Origin: Macrostomum lignano
Lineage: Eukaryota
Length of the DNA: 64,000 nucleotides
Direction of reading: 5' to 3'
NCBI GenBank assembly: GCA_002269645.1
Contig: NIVC01003561.1
Coordinates: forward strand, 1 to 64,000
Shown: positions 1 to 12,000 of the stretch, in pieces
Numbering within the stretch: position 1 is the stretch's first letter
Layout: each line of letters begins with the position of its first letter
Made by a program: the position numbers and the translations under genes
Notes under the pieces: generated by a model
Seen by the model: the letters and a program-made list of their open reading frames with translations, nothing else
Databases searched by the model: none
What the model was told of the DNA's origin: nothing

Positions 1-1480
1 GCCGGTGATGAACAGCAGTTTGCATTATAAAATAGAAATATTGGCTGGTAACCACCATCTTAATAGTAGTATATAGCTGCCATTGAATTCGGTACCGTCC
101 AATTCATTTTGCAACCGTAAAGTATTTTTCGAGTTCCAACTCGCTCACAGGCTTCGGTACACTCGTGTTTGGCAGCAGAATTAGTGAGACGCAAGGCTGT
201 TCAGTCAGCAGTCAGCAGGTGCTTTTATCATGAAGCGAAAGCGTGCGCATAATTAGACATTTCTGCTCTCTACATCGAATAGCGTCCGCTCAGGCGATGC
301 AGTTGGGGTGAACAGACCAGAATCTTAACGCCGACATGCACTTACACACTCCGATGGGTCTGTAGTTTGTGGTGTATCGGTTTACTGCGCGAATTCGATC
401 ATCTTTGTTTACTTTTATGGTAGGGTTAATGAAACTTAACTATAGGCAGTGGTGGAGCGTATCTATCAATTGATCTGCCCAGAGTTGTAGTGTTAAATTT
501 CTAAATTTTTATCTTCTCACTACAAATTCATTATTTATAGATAGTCTGCATTTCCCTTGAAATGTTCAAATAGTTAATTAGAGATGTAGTGCATCTTTTT
601 GGTACGTTTGAACGCAAGTGCAGTTGCCCACAGCTTCTTTTAACCATTGCTATGCACTTTTGGTGACAATAACACACGCAACGGCAATTTAAACAATAAC
701 AAAGGGTAAATTTATTTTTTTATGTTAGAAAAAAATCAAAAACTGTTCAACAAAGAAATCGTATGTTAATCAGTTAATACCATGCCTACACAGAAACGTC
801 ACTCAAAAAGAATATCGATCAGATTGCGACTGCCGCCAATGGTCACTTTCATCTTCTTTGACGGAGCAGCCTGCACACGTAGTGCGCCGTCGGTCTGGAC
901 AGGCTCTTGATAAATATCCGCACATTCGTCCATCATAGCCTCGCTTATTGTGATTGGATTTTGGACGAGCTAGCGCTGACTAGATAGTGTCTTGTGCAGT
1001 CTTTGAGAGTGAAATTTTTGAGAATGTTCTGTGTGCCATGGCTTACGGAGGGAATCGCTGAAATGCACAACAAGGCTTATGGGAGAAATTGCTGAGATTT
1101 TGTTTTCATGAGGTATTTCCGAGATGCCAAGGGTCCGGGCTAGCGTTGCCATGGCTAAAGGGAGGCTTTGGTGTCTTACGAGCGTAGGCCATGTTGAAAG
1201 CTACATATGCATATAGTTTATTTAATCAATTTTTTACTCCTTTCTCCTCAATGAAAGGCGAAGATTGTTACTAGTGTGTTCTGATTGTGAGCTACAGTAA
1301 CCGATCGTTAAAAAACATGCTGCCCATCGGCACAAAGCTTAACTGGTACTAACCTCTTAAAAACTGATGCTTGCTACTAAAAGTAAGGTTTTGCGCAAGC
1401 ATTATTAAATGTTCTTCTGCATTTGCTTTGCTTTGAAACCTTATGCACTGATTTCATTGTTACTGTCAGAAAATAGAAGC

Positions 1481-2490
1481 ATGATTCAATGCTGTGCTCA
1501 ATGCTACACTGATTGTTCAATGCTGTGCTCAATGCTACACTGATTGTTCAATGCTGTGCTCAATGCTACACTGATTGGTCAGTGCTGTGCTCAATGCTAC
1601 ACTGATTGTTCAATGCTGTGCTCAATGCTACACTGATTGTTCAATGCTGTGCTCAATGCTACACTGATTGGTCAGTGCTGTGCTCAATGCTACACTGATT
1701 GTTCAATGCTGTGCTCAATGCTACACTGATTGTTCAATGCTGTGCTCAATGCTACACTGATTATTCAATGCAGTGCTCAGTGCTACACTGATTGTTCAGT
1801 GCTGTGCTCATTGCTACACTGATTGTTCAATGCTGTGCTCAATGCTACACTGATTATTCAATCCTGTGCTCAATGCTACACTGATTGGTCAATGCTGTGC
1901 TCAATGCTACACTGATTGTTCAATGCTGTGCTCAATGCTACACTGATTGGTCAATGCTGTGCTCAATGCTTCACTTGTTAAATGCTGTGCTCAATGCTAC
2001 ACTGATTGGTCAATGCTGTGCTCAATGCTTCACTTGTTCAATGCTGTGCTCAGTGCTACACTGATTATTCAATGCTGTGCTCAATGCTACACTGATTGTT
2101 CAATGCTGTGCTCAATGCTAAACTGATTATTCAATGCTGTGCTCAATGCTACACTGATTGTTCAATGCTGTGCTCAATGCTAAACTGATTATTCAATGCT
2201 GTGCTCAATGCTACACTGATTATTCAATGCTGTGCTCAATGCTTCACTTGTTCAATGCTGTGCTCAGTGCTACACTGATTATTCAATGCTGTGCTCAATG
2301 CTACACTGATTGTTCAATGCTGTGCTCAATGCTACACTGATTGTTCAATGCTGTGCTCAATGCTACACTGATTGTTCAATGCTGTGCTCAATGCTACACT
2401 GATTGTTCAATGCTGTGCTCAATGCTACACTGATTGTTCAATGCTGTGCTCAATGCTACACTGATTGTTCAATGCTGTGCTCAATGCTAA
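1481..2490. repeat. 31-bp minisatellite (TGATTGTTCAATGCTGTGCTCAATGCTACAC)n, about 32 copies
   Basis: Direct head-to-tail units with no spacers; CAATGCT is duplicated inside the unit. Confidence 0.95.
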
Positions 2491-3012
2491 CTTTGAGCTC
2501 AATTAGCTGAGTTAAGAACAACGCTATCTTTATTAATGTTGATGCATTTATTCCTGGCAAGTCTCTCCATACTCGTACAAGGGCGTGACCTAGATCACAA
2601 GAAATAATTACAACAGTCACAGTGGCATGGCTTAAATTTACAAGATGTGTCTACTATTAGCAAGCTTAATTAAGTCATTTTAGTTTAGAATAGCACCGAA
2701 CTGGGCTTGCGGCTTGCAGCTTACCAAGCAGCTCTGGATTCAGAGATTATATAATTAAAACCTGAGCCTTTTAGCTACCCTAGCATCAGCAGGTGCAAAT
2801 ACTTTCTTCATTTGCAAAATATCTTTATGTAGCTAGCGGCTGATCGAGAGGACAAGCAGTTAAATTGAACTTATTGGCACCTGGCAAGTCATGATCTCCG
2901 TGGCTGCACAGTACGAGCTTTACTGGATTTTGCTTAATTTTCGGCGTTTCAAACTAGCTAGCCATGGTTTAACAGTAGAACTACGAGGGTATTTCGGATT
3001 CCACCGACAATT

Positions 3013-3567
3013 TTTGCTGCGCCGGAACGGAGCAACGCAGGGCGCACGAAATTCAAAAAACACACGGCTTTTTGTTGCGCTTCTTCTCAAACAACAACCA
3101 AGTTGCCAGCTCTCCGGACCGTCGAGATATTCGACGTCTCGGTGCCAACGATGGCTGAATGAATATTCGAATTCTAGTTGAAACTAGTTGAAGATACCTG
3201 GCAGTTGAGGTTTGCCCACTGTGGATGCTTGATCAGCGAAACTAGAGAAATCCGCATCATGGTGTTCATTGTCACCTGGTGCAACCGGTTGAAGGTCAAG
3301 AAGCTCTACCTGGGTGAAGGTCAGTGACCAACGAAGTCAGTGCTGATGCAGACACGTGTGGTCGACGTGCTGATGAAACTTGGAGGCTTGGCAAGGCTGC
3401 ACTGAGGCGCAGTGCTGATTGGCGCACAGGTGGGAAAAATCCGACCCTCTGGCAGAATCGTCGAATATCTCGACAGTCCGGAAGGGCTGGCGACTTGATT
3501 CTTGTTTGAGAAGGTGCGCAACGAAAAGTCAGCCCGTGTTCGCGTTGCTTCGTTCCGGCGCAGCAAA
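3013..3567. mobile_element. Two inverted, diverged copies of a dispersed repeat fragment (3013-3136 + and 3459-3567 -), probably retroelement 3' ends
   Basis: TTTGCTGCGCCGGAACG...TTCTCAAACAA...CCGGAC(C/T)GTCGAGATATTCGACG is present in opposite orientations; the same terminal motif recurs at 46867-46894. Confidence 0.7.
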
Positions 3568-4675
3568 TAAATTTCGGGGGGGGGGATTCTCCTCCCTTGG
3601 TTCGAGTATAGTTCGAAGGACAGCAAAATGGTTTCTTGTTCTTGGTATCCCTACTGTTAACGCGAAAAAAGCAATCGAAATGAAACAGTATAAAGCAAAT
3701 AAAAAATTGGAAACTTTGCCGTGTCAGCAGCGAGATGTACCAAATAAAGCTAATCTCAATATAAAAACAGCACCTTATTGGCCATATACTTAAAAAAACT
3801 AAGCAAGTCGTGAACAGCGAATGAATATGAAAAATATAAAGTTTGAAGAAAGTGCTGCTGTACTATTTGTTTTTAAAATCGAGGTTTGTTGCAGTATCAA
3901 TCACAGACAAAAATGAGTATCACGATGAGAAGTTCAGGAAGTTCACGGTCTCATAAACTGGTAACTCAAGGCATTAACCCTCGCTAATGATCTACCCAAA
4001 AAGTGAATACAAAATTAAAATATTAAGAATTGGGCCAGAGGATGCAAATCACGAATCAGGAAGCATTTTCAGTAAAAATACAAATAACTAAAAATAGAGT
4101 ATAAAAAATCGCAGAGACCGTCAATTAACAAACAAGGAAAGCATGCGACTATTAAAAGAATGAGATAACCATGGTTCTTATAAATAAATTATTTTTTAAA
4201 ACCTGGGCTGCAAAATAACTTGAATGAAAATTTTGAAACACCTACGTCAGAATGAAAGAATGTCAGTACAGCTATAACAATGTCAAAAATGTTCCAATAG
4301 GAAGTGGTGTTTATATAGAAGTATAAGGTATACAATTTCCAGGCAATGCATCATCAGTCATTTGATTCAGTCTGAATAGTTTTGGCATGGTGTCTATACC
4401 TACAGCATGGGGTAAACATAACCAATTACAAAAGAATGACGTTACATTCGATTGTCTTCGAAATGAGCCGGGAAGCTGGTAATGAACGTGCATGTTTCAT
4501 ATTGCTAATGCTTTCAGTATGCACTGGAGAACGGATAGCGGTTATGGGATTTTGCCATAGACAAAATCGGTGGATAAAAATTAGCGCTTGAAGATCCGAT
4601 TTCTCGTGAGCACGCCAAATGCACTGGCGACGGCCTCCCAGCTCATTCCTAAGAAATCTGAGTGTAGCGACCTTT

Positions 4676-7151
4676 TTAAGCATGCCGAATTAGCAGCGAC
4701 ATTTTTGGATTGACAGCCAATAGTTGACGCAATTGGGTATTAGTTGGTAGTCGGCGCTCTTTGATGTTGCCGCCAATTTCGTAGAGGTTGAAATCGTCCG
4801 GGTTGTTGCCGCTGCCGCAACGGCGATGCAACAAATCCCAGGCTGTTAGTTCGCGTGGTAGGCTGATGTTCTGACAACTGCCATCCGGCAACGTCAGGCT
4901 AATGGACTGTGGGAAGGGTGATTAGTGCTTCTTGAGTGCTACTTCTCCAACTGAATAACAATACTATATTATTCTCTGACTCAAGTAGGCCGTATTGCCT
5001 TCTATTCCAATTTCTGATTTCAATAGTTCAGCCCACGTCCGATGATAGTTAAGCCGTTGATTCTCTTTAGAATAAAAATAATTGAACTAAAACCACCGAC
5101 CGCTATTCTCACCTCTTCATCGGGATCCGGTTGTTGAACCTCCTCTACCAGATCATTCAACCTGTCCAGTCCGTGGAAAAAGCACTTATTAGAGCGCAGG
5201 TGCCGCACCAAGGTGGCCGGTACTCGCCAAGCAAACTGTCTGTAGTTAATCAGCAGCTCAACAATTGCCGCCGATCGTTCGCTGTCGCCGAGAGTGGATG
5301 TCAGCTCCTCCGGCAGGAGGCTGGGCGTCATCACTGTTGCCAAGGCTCGGAGAGACATTAGATTCTCGTTATGGTGGTCCAAGACGCTAAAAACAAGGCA
5401 AAAATGATGCTGTTATGCGTAGTTAATAGCGCTTTTTAAGGCGACAATCATGGCTGCTTCGACCCACCTTCCCAGAAGGTCAACTACAGCTTTAAGCGTG
5501 TGACAGGCGACCGACGGCAGCAGCATGACGAGCAGGTTCACCCCAATGAGGCGCTGATGCATGGTTGGCAGCTGGTCGAGACACCGGTAGTACTCTACGT
5601 AGGGCCCGCTCATCAGCGGCGTGGGCAGGTCGCGAAGGAAGCCCTTCAGCAAGCCGGCAGCGTCGTGGGGATCAGCCTTGGCAATTTTCGGCGCATTCGG
5701 TCCGTCGTTTCGATTTGGGAGCGCAGCTCGCGGATAGCGGCGACCGAGCCGCTGACGCGGAAGATGCCCTCCTCCTTGAGGCCGCAGCTTTGCAGGCGGT
5801 TGATCAGCGAGCTCACGAGATGGGGAACCTGAAGCACAAGTAACGTTAAATTGATGAGGCCACGCTGGCGCACCGCTTATAGCAACATTGTTCCAATTCA
5901 GTCCATTGAATTTATAAGATTAAAAATACCAGAGCTGAGGCAAATCTGTCTATTTCGCTGATTTCTGAGCGCATCACACATGGTGTACAGCGGCTCTGAC
6001 TTTCTAATCGTCAGACATGTACACTCTCTGTGCTCAGGACCAAGTCGACTTTAAACGATAACTTGTCGGATCCGTCGCCTAAAACGCTGTGACATCTCAT
6101 CCAAGTCCTTAAAAGTACTTAAAAGGCTATGTACGGAATGTATTGATTGTAGTTATTTTGAAGCTTTACTTTGGTCTCCCTTCTCAGATCCTTAGTGTAT
6201 GGGGTATCTAAATCGGTGTTGAAGTTGCTTAAATCGGTGTGTGAGGTGCAGTTATGAGGTGTTTAGCACGACACATTGCAGATTTCGCAAAATTGGGCGT
6301 TAAGAGCCGAGCTACGCTATGTTGAATGAGCTTGTCCTGTTCAGAACTTGGATAGTTCTGATTCTTCATACTTCACACTTCACACTTCACACTTCATACT
6401 TCTTGGATACTTCACAACTCTCTTGACTCACCTGCGTCTCGGGTAAACGCAGCTTCCGCTCCGCTTCCAACATGGATTCGAGCGACACTCCGAACCAGCT
6501 GCTGCCGCCGTTTCTCGACTTGCTGCTAGGCGATTTGTGTCTCCGCCAACCGAAGGTCGGCGAAGGCGGCGGCAACGGAGAGGCCGGCGCTGGTGTCAGC
6601 GGCGCCGTGTAGCGAAACGCCGGCCTATGACCGGCTTTTTCAAACTGCACGGCCAGCTCGATGTGCGCCAGCGTCCTCAACTGTTCCATGTCCTTCTCGG
6701 AGAAGTCGCCGACGAAGGCGTGTCCAAGTGGATCGTCTGGCAGACTGAATTCCTGTAAGCTTTTGCTTGGCTCGAGGGATTTTGCATCGATACGTAGGGA
6801 GTTCATCCGGCCCAGATCGTCTGCCAACGGCTCCTGGTTCAGCTGGGGGCTGCTGGCTTCAGGATCACCGCCGTCGGAAGGACATGCTCTTTCTTTGACG
6901 AGGTCGATGTGCCGCTTAACGATGACCCAGTGCAGCGGGCTGGGCATCTGGGATCGAACGGCATCCATGTCGAATTCTTGATTCTGCAGCAGCCGCTCAG
7001 CGATGTCAAACAGCAGTGCCGACTCACTTTTCTGCAGCCAGGCCACCGCGCCTTGACAGACGGGATCTTCGGCCAAGTCGACGGTCAGCGATGGAACCGA
7101 GACGCAGCCGCCGTCCTGCTTATCTTTGCTGCTTCTTCTGGATTTGGGCAT
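4676..7151 (-). CDS. ARHGAP18: Rho GTPase-activating protein, ARHGAP18/28/40 (Conundrum) family; 4 exons; 1-nt frameshift in exon 2
   Basis: Exons 7151-6432, 5828-5468, 5386-5113, 4906-4676, all GT-AG. Motifs: EGIFRVSG (arginine finger), DPHDAAGLLKGFLRDLP, NLMSLRALATVMTPSL, and C-terminal LYEIGGNIKER, which matches the family motif LYEIGGNIGER recalled from ARHGAP18. Exon 2 is 361 nt where its phases require 362. About 528 aa if repaired. Confidence 0.85.
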
Positions 7152-9020
7152 CTCAGTAGCCTTTTGGGTGCTCTGAAGTTAACAAGTAAATAATGAATAA
7201 ATTAATGTTTACAGTTTAGTTGAATTAAAATTTTATTCTAACAAAAAAATATAATAAAAGTTTAGTTATTTCACCTTAGCAGTTCCAAAAACTTCCAAAA
7301 GCAAAAAACATAGATCAGTATTTTTAAAAGCTAATAGCTAAAATACATTTTATTTTAATTTTTCGCAACTTTAATTTTTCGCAATAATAATTTGATCATT
7401 GACTTAATTGTTAATCGAACAAAATACAATTTCTAAACTAAAAGCTCGAATCGTTTTCTAAGCTGGACAATAGTCACTGCTTGTTTTGATTAAAAATAGC
7501 ATGATAGCTTATCTTTTAAAAAAGCAAAATAAAAAATGTAAGCATTTAAGCGAAGTATAGTGACTAGATCATCAAATCACTAGATTAGGCTAGTAAAATC
7601 ATCAAGCATAAATTTAGATACAAGGATTTGTATATTTAAGGATTTATGTCTAATAATTTTACCTAAAGTACGCGGTTAATAAATTTAACAAGCCTCGACG
7701 ATGTTCATTGTTCAATGTGGACGAAACGCATTGGCAATGAAAAACTTAATATGGTTCTTTTCTTTTATGCTGATTACTACTTTCATTTATTTACTTTAGG
7801 TATATGATTTTACATAATAAAATTAATTGCTAAAATTTTATAATGTCATAAAAATGAATGCATCCTCAATAAACATTTATCATTGATGTAATGCAAATAG
7901 AAAAGTTTCCGCCCATCATAAATTAAATCCAATGTTTGAAACATCTCCTTGGACTGTGAGACGCTTTTAACAAAGCGAAACATTTTATTTCTTTTTTTAA
8001 TCCAAAAGCCGGTTATTAAGCAAATAGATATTTCAAACTGATAAATAAACTTTGAATGGATAAGTATTAATAAAGTACAACTATCTATTACTAATAACCA
8101 CAAGTTTTGACTTCCAGATCTACTACTTTTATTTTTAAGTGAGCACGGCGTCGAAAGAAGTGAGTCGTTGTTTCAGTTTCAAGATGCATGGATATATTTA
8201 TTTATTAGCATTCTTTTGCATGTGCTGTTTTGTACCACCTCGCGACTCGCTCTTTTGATTTAGTAAGACTAAATTTTCTCAAATTTATATTATTAAAATT
8301 ATCATATTTGCTAGCCGCTAGCACAATGCGAAAGAGTATAAAAACGATCTTTGTTCGGAAATTACAACGATTAAAAGCTTCTTTCAAGCAGAATGTTTCT
8401 GGCTTCAACCTTTTCATGATTTGAAAATAAATTTAAAAAATACTCGATCGCTAGCTAACCCCGGCTTATGTTATACTATATCGGTATATTTTCTCAATTG
8501 TAGTAAATAACATCTTTTGCTTTCCATTTTTATATAACTTGGACTCAAAATGTGCTTATGAACACATAAATGCTTAAAAAATTCACTATCACAAATTTTT
8601 GCTGGCTATCTATGTGATTAGTTTTTAGCCCATGTTGAGCATGTTAAAAGGCATATATACCCACAGTGAAAAGTGTTCTTAATTTTATTGCATAGAAATT
8701 CAAGACAGTAACCAACTAGGAGAGTTTCAAAGCACAGTAATGTTTGTTTTGTTAAATATTTAGCTTTTACCTGTATCCACTAAGCATGCATACAAGTACA
8801 ATTTTAAGCATTTCGAAATATGGCATTCGATGTTGTCTATAAATTTGCAACTCTAGCTTTTTGAAATTAAATGATTTGGACTGTCCATGACCATGTTGCC
8901 TGATAAAAAGTGGTCTTTGGCTTGATATAACTACTCCCGCACAATTTGCAGACCGCAGAATCTCAAATGAATCAATAGCTACAATCTAAGCACTTTGCAA
9001 GAGATCAACAACGACGAGAG

Positions 9021-12000
9021 ATGAGTCATAACTGCACCGTGTTCGAGCGGCTGTACAGACGCTGCTTCCGGAAGGTTCTACCGGAAACGCGAAAAATTTC
9101 ACCTGGCTTTCTGTTCGAGGACCAGCTGCCAACCGAAAATCCAAATCGAGCCTATTCGAACAATGTCGTCCGAACTACAAAGTACACCATACTGACGTTC
9201 CTGCCGCTGAATCTGTGGGAACAGCTGCACCGCTATGCCAACCTCTATTTTATCTTCATTGTCATTCTGAACTTTATGCCCGACGTGTCCGCCTATGCCA
9301 AAGAGCTCGCCCCGTTCCCTGTCGTATTCGTGCTGAGTCTCACTGCGGTGAAAGACGCCGTGGAAGATTATCAACGTTACAAGGCCGATAAACGCGTTAA
9401 CAAGAAAAAGTGCATCGTGTACCGCAAAAACGAGGGCGGCTTTGTTGCCGACCAGTGCCAGAACCTGCTGCCAGGAGACATCGTCCGACTGACCGAGGAA
9501 GAAATCATTCCCGCGGACATCTTGCTGCTGCACAGCTCCGATCCAGCCGGGATCTGCTACATTGAGACGTCGAACTTGGACGGCGAGACAAATCTCAAAC
9601 AGCGCGGAGTTGCGCTTCCAACAGAAACGGTCAGTAGATAACATGGCGGCAGCTAAGTCAAGTCGAGGTGTTTCGTCCACCAAATGGACTTACTTTATAA
9701 TCCGCAATATGTTTTATCACCGAAACCAAAACCGTAACTATTTTATCGTGTGAACAGCACTCATTTTAGCGCCGCAGGCACTCATTTTAGCGCCGCTGGC
9801 ACTCATTTTAGCGCCGCAGGCACTCATATTGGCGCCACAGGCACTCATATTAGCGCCACAGGCACTCATTTTAGCGCCGCAGGCACTCATTTTAGCGCCG
9901 CAGGCACTCATTTTAGCGCCGCTGGCACTCATTTTAGCGCCGCAGGCACTCATATTGGCGCCACAGGCACTCATATTGGCGCCACAGGCACTCATTTTAG
10001 CGCCGCAGGCACTCATTTTAGCGCCGCAGGCACTCATATTGGCGCCACAGGCACTCATTTTGGCGCCACAGGCACTCATTTTAGCGCCGCAGGCACTCAT
10101 TTTAGCGCCGCAGGCACTCATATTGGCGCCACAGGCACTCATTTTGGCGCCGCAGGCACTCATATTAGCGCTACAGGCACTCATATTGGCGCCGCAGGCA
10201 CTCATTTTGGCGCCACAGGCACTCATTTTAGCGCCGCAGGCACTCATATTGGCGCTACAGGCACTCATATTGGCGCCGCAGGCACTCATTTTGGCGCCAC
10301 AGGCACTCATTTTAGCGCCGCAGGCACTCATTTTAGCGCCGCAGGCACTCATATTGGCGCCGCAGGCACTCATTTTAGCGCCGCAGGCACTCATATTAGC
10401 GCTACAGGCACTCATTTTAGCGCCGCAGGCACTCATTTTGGCGCCACAGGCACTCATTTTAGCGCCGCAGGCACTCATATTAGCGCTACAGGCACTCATA
10501 TTAGCGCCGCAGGCACTCATTTTGGCGCCACAGGCACTCATTTTAGCGCCGCAGGCACTCATATTGGCGCCACAGGCACTCATATTGGCGCCACAGGCAC
10601 TCATATTGGCGCCACAGGCACTCATTTTGGCGCCACAGGCACTCATTTTAGCGCCACAGGCACTCATTTTGGCGCCACAGGCACTCATTTTAGCGCTGCA
10701 GGCACTCATATTGGCGCCACAGGCACTCATTTTTAGCGTGCGTCGCAGGCATTCATGTTAGCGCCGCAGGCGCCCATTTTGACGCCGCAAGCGGTATATT
10801 TTGTCATCCTGAAGCAAAATTATTGATTTCCATAAAGGGGTCACAAGGTTGGGTAGGGGGATGCCCCCCATAGCATTTACTGGCCCCCACTCCTAAGCAT
10901 GACTCCTAAGAGAATAAAGCATCCTCAAAAACCGAATCACCCAGAATGCTTTATAGCTCGTAATACTCAAAGACCGGAGAGACACAGAGATAGAACGCAC
11001 TTTTGTGCTCATACCATTCTTGTTTAATCTCATAGTTATTCTTTCTTCAGTTCTCACCCCGAACTCAGCCTGCCTATCTGACTGTTCATTAGAAACATTT
11101 CTCGTTTTTATTTCTTTTTGTGCATAGGGTCGCTTGTTTGCAACAGGAGAGGCTATGGCTACCGAGCTGAGGCAACCCCAACCCCCTCTCCATTCTGTTT
11201 GCAGAGGGCCGGCCGCAGGGCTTCAAGAAGACGTCGCGGTCTGGAAGCAGAGGTGAGTGCGCGCTGCAGTTTCTCTAATTAGACCTGATAGCAACAAAAA
11301 ACCAGTGAAAGAATAGGACGGAATGCAGGTCGGACTGAAAACAGTAATAGAAACGAAACCAACAGACCAAGATATTCAAACTCGTATTCAGAAAAATCTA
11401 ATAATAGTCTCGTCCGATTTAGGACCCGCACGCAAAACCTCACTATGGTAACCAAGACTCAACGCCCTCACTGCTTGTACTCAAACTCGAACTTGGAGTG
11501 TGCTTGAAATTGTCTATTGAAGTGCTGCTGCTCAGCTCAATTCGGAGAGAATTACAGAAATAGACAAACAGCCGCGCTTACAAAAGTTCTTTTGTATCAA
11601 GCAATTCTTATTCATAGTTTGACTATCCGATCTATGAGCGTAATATAGCGACTGCTTTTATAAGGAAGCTGCTCGGGTACTGACACCCAGTCTTGATGCT
11701 TCTCACACCCAGTCTTGATGCTTCTGACACCCAGTCTTGATGCTTCTGACACCCAGTCTTGACGCTTCTGACACCCAGTCTTGATGCTTCTGACACCCCA
11801 GTCTTGATGCTTCTGACACCCCAGTTTTGATGCGTCTGACACTCAGTCTTGACGCTTCTGACACCCAGTCTTGATGCTTCTGACACCCAGTCTTGACGCT
11901 TCTGACATACAGTCTTGATGCTTCTGACACCCAGTCTTGATGCTTCTGACACCCAGTCTTGATGCTTCTGACACCCAGTCTTGACGCTTCTGACACCCAG

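Noticed and set aside
800-1152. Small gene from the 60-aa ORF and a neighbouring short frame (MMDECADIYQEP...)
   Set aside because: No recognisable domain and no convincing phase-consistent exon chain; left unannotated.
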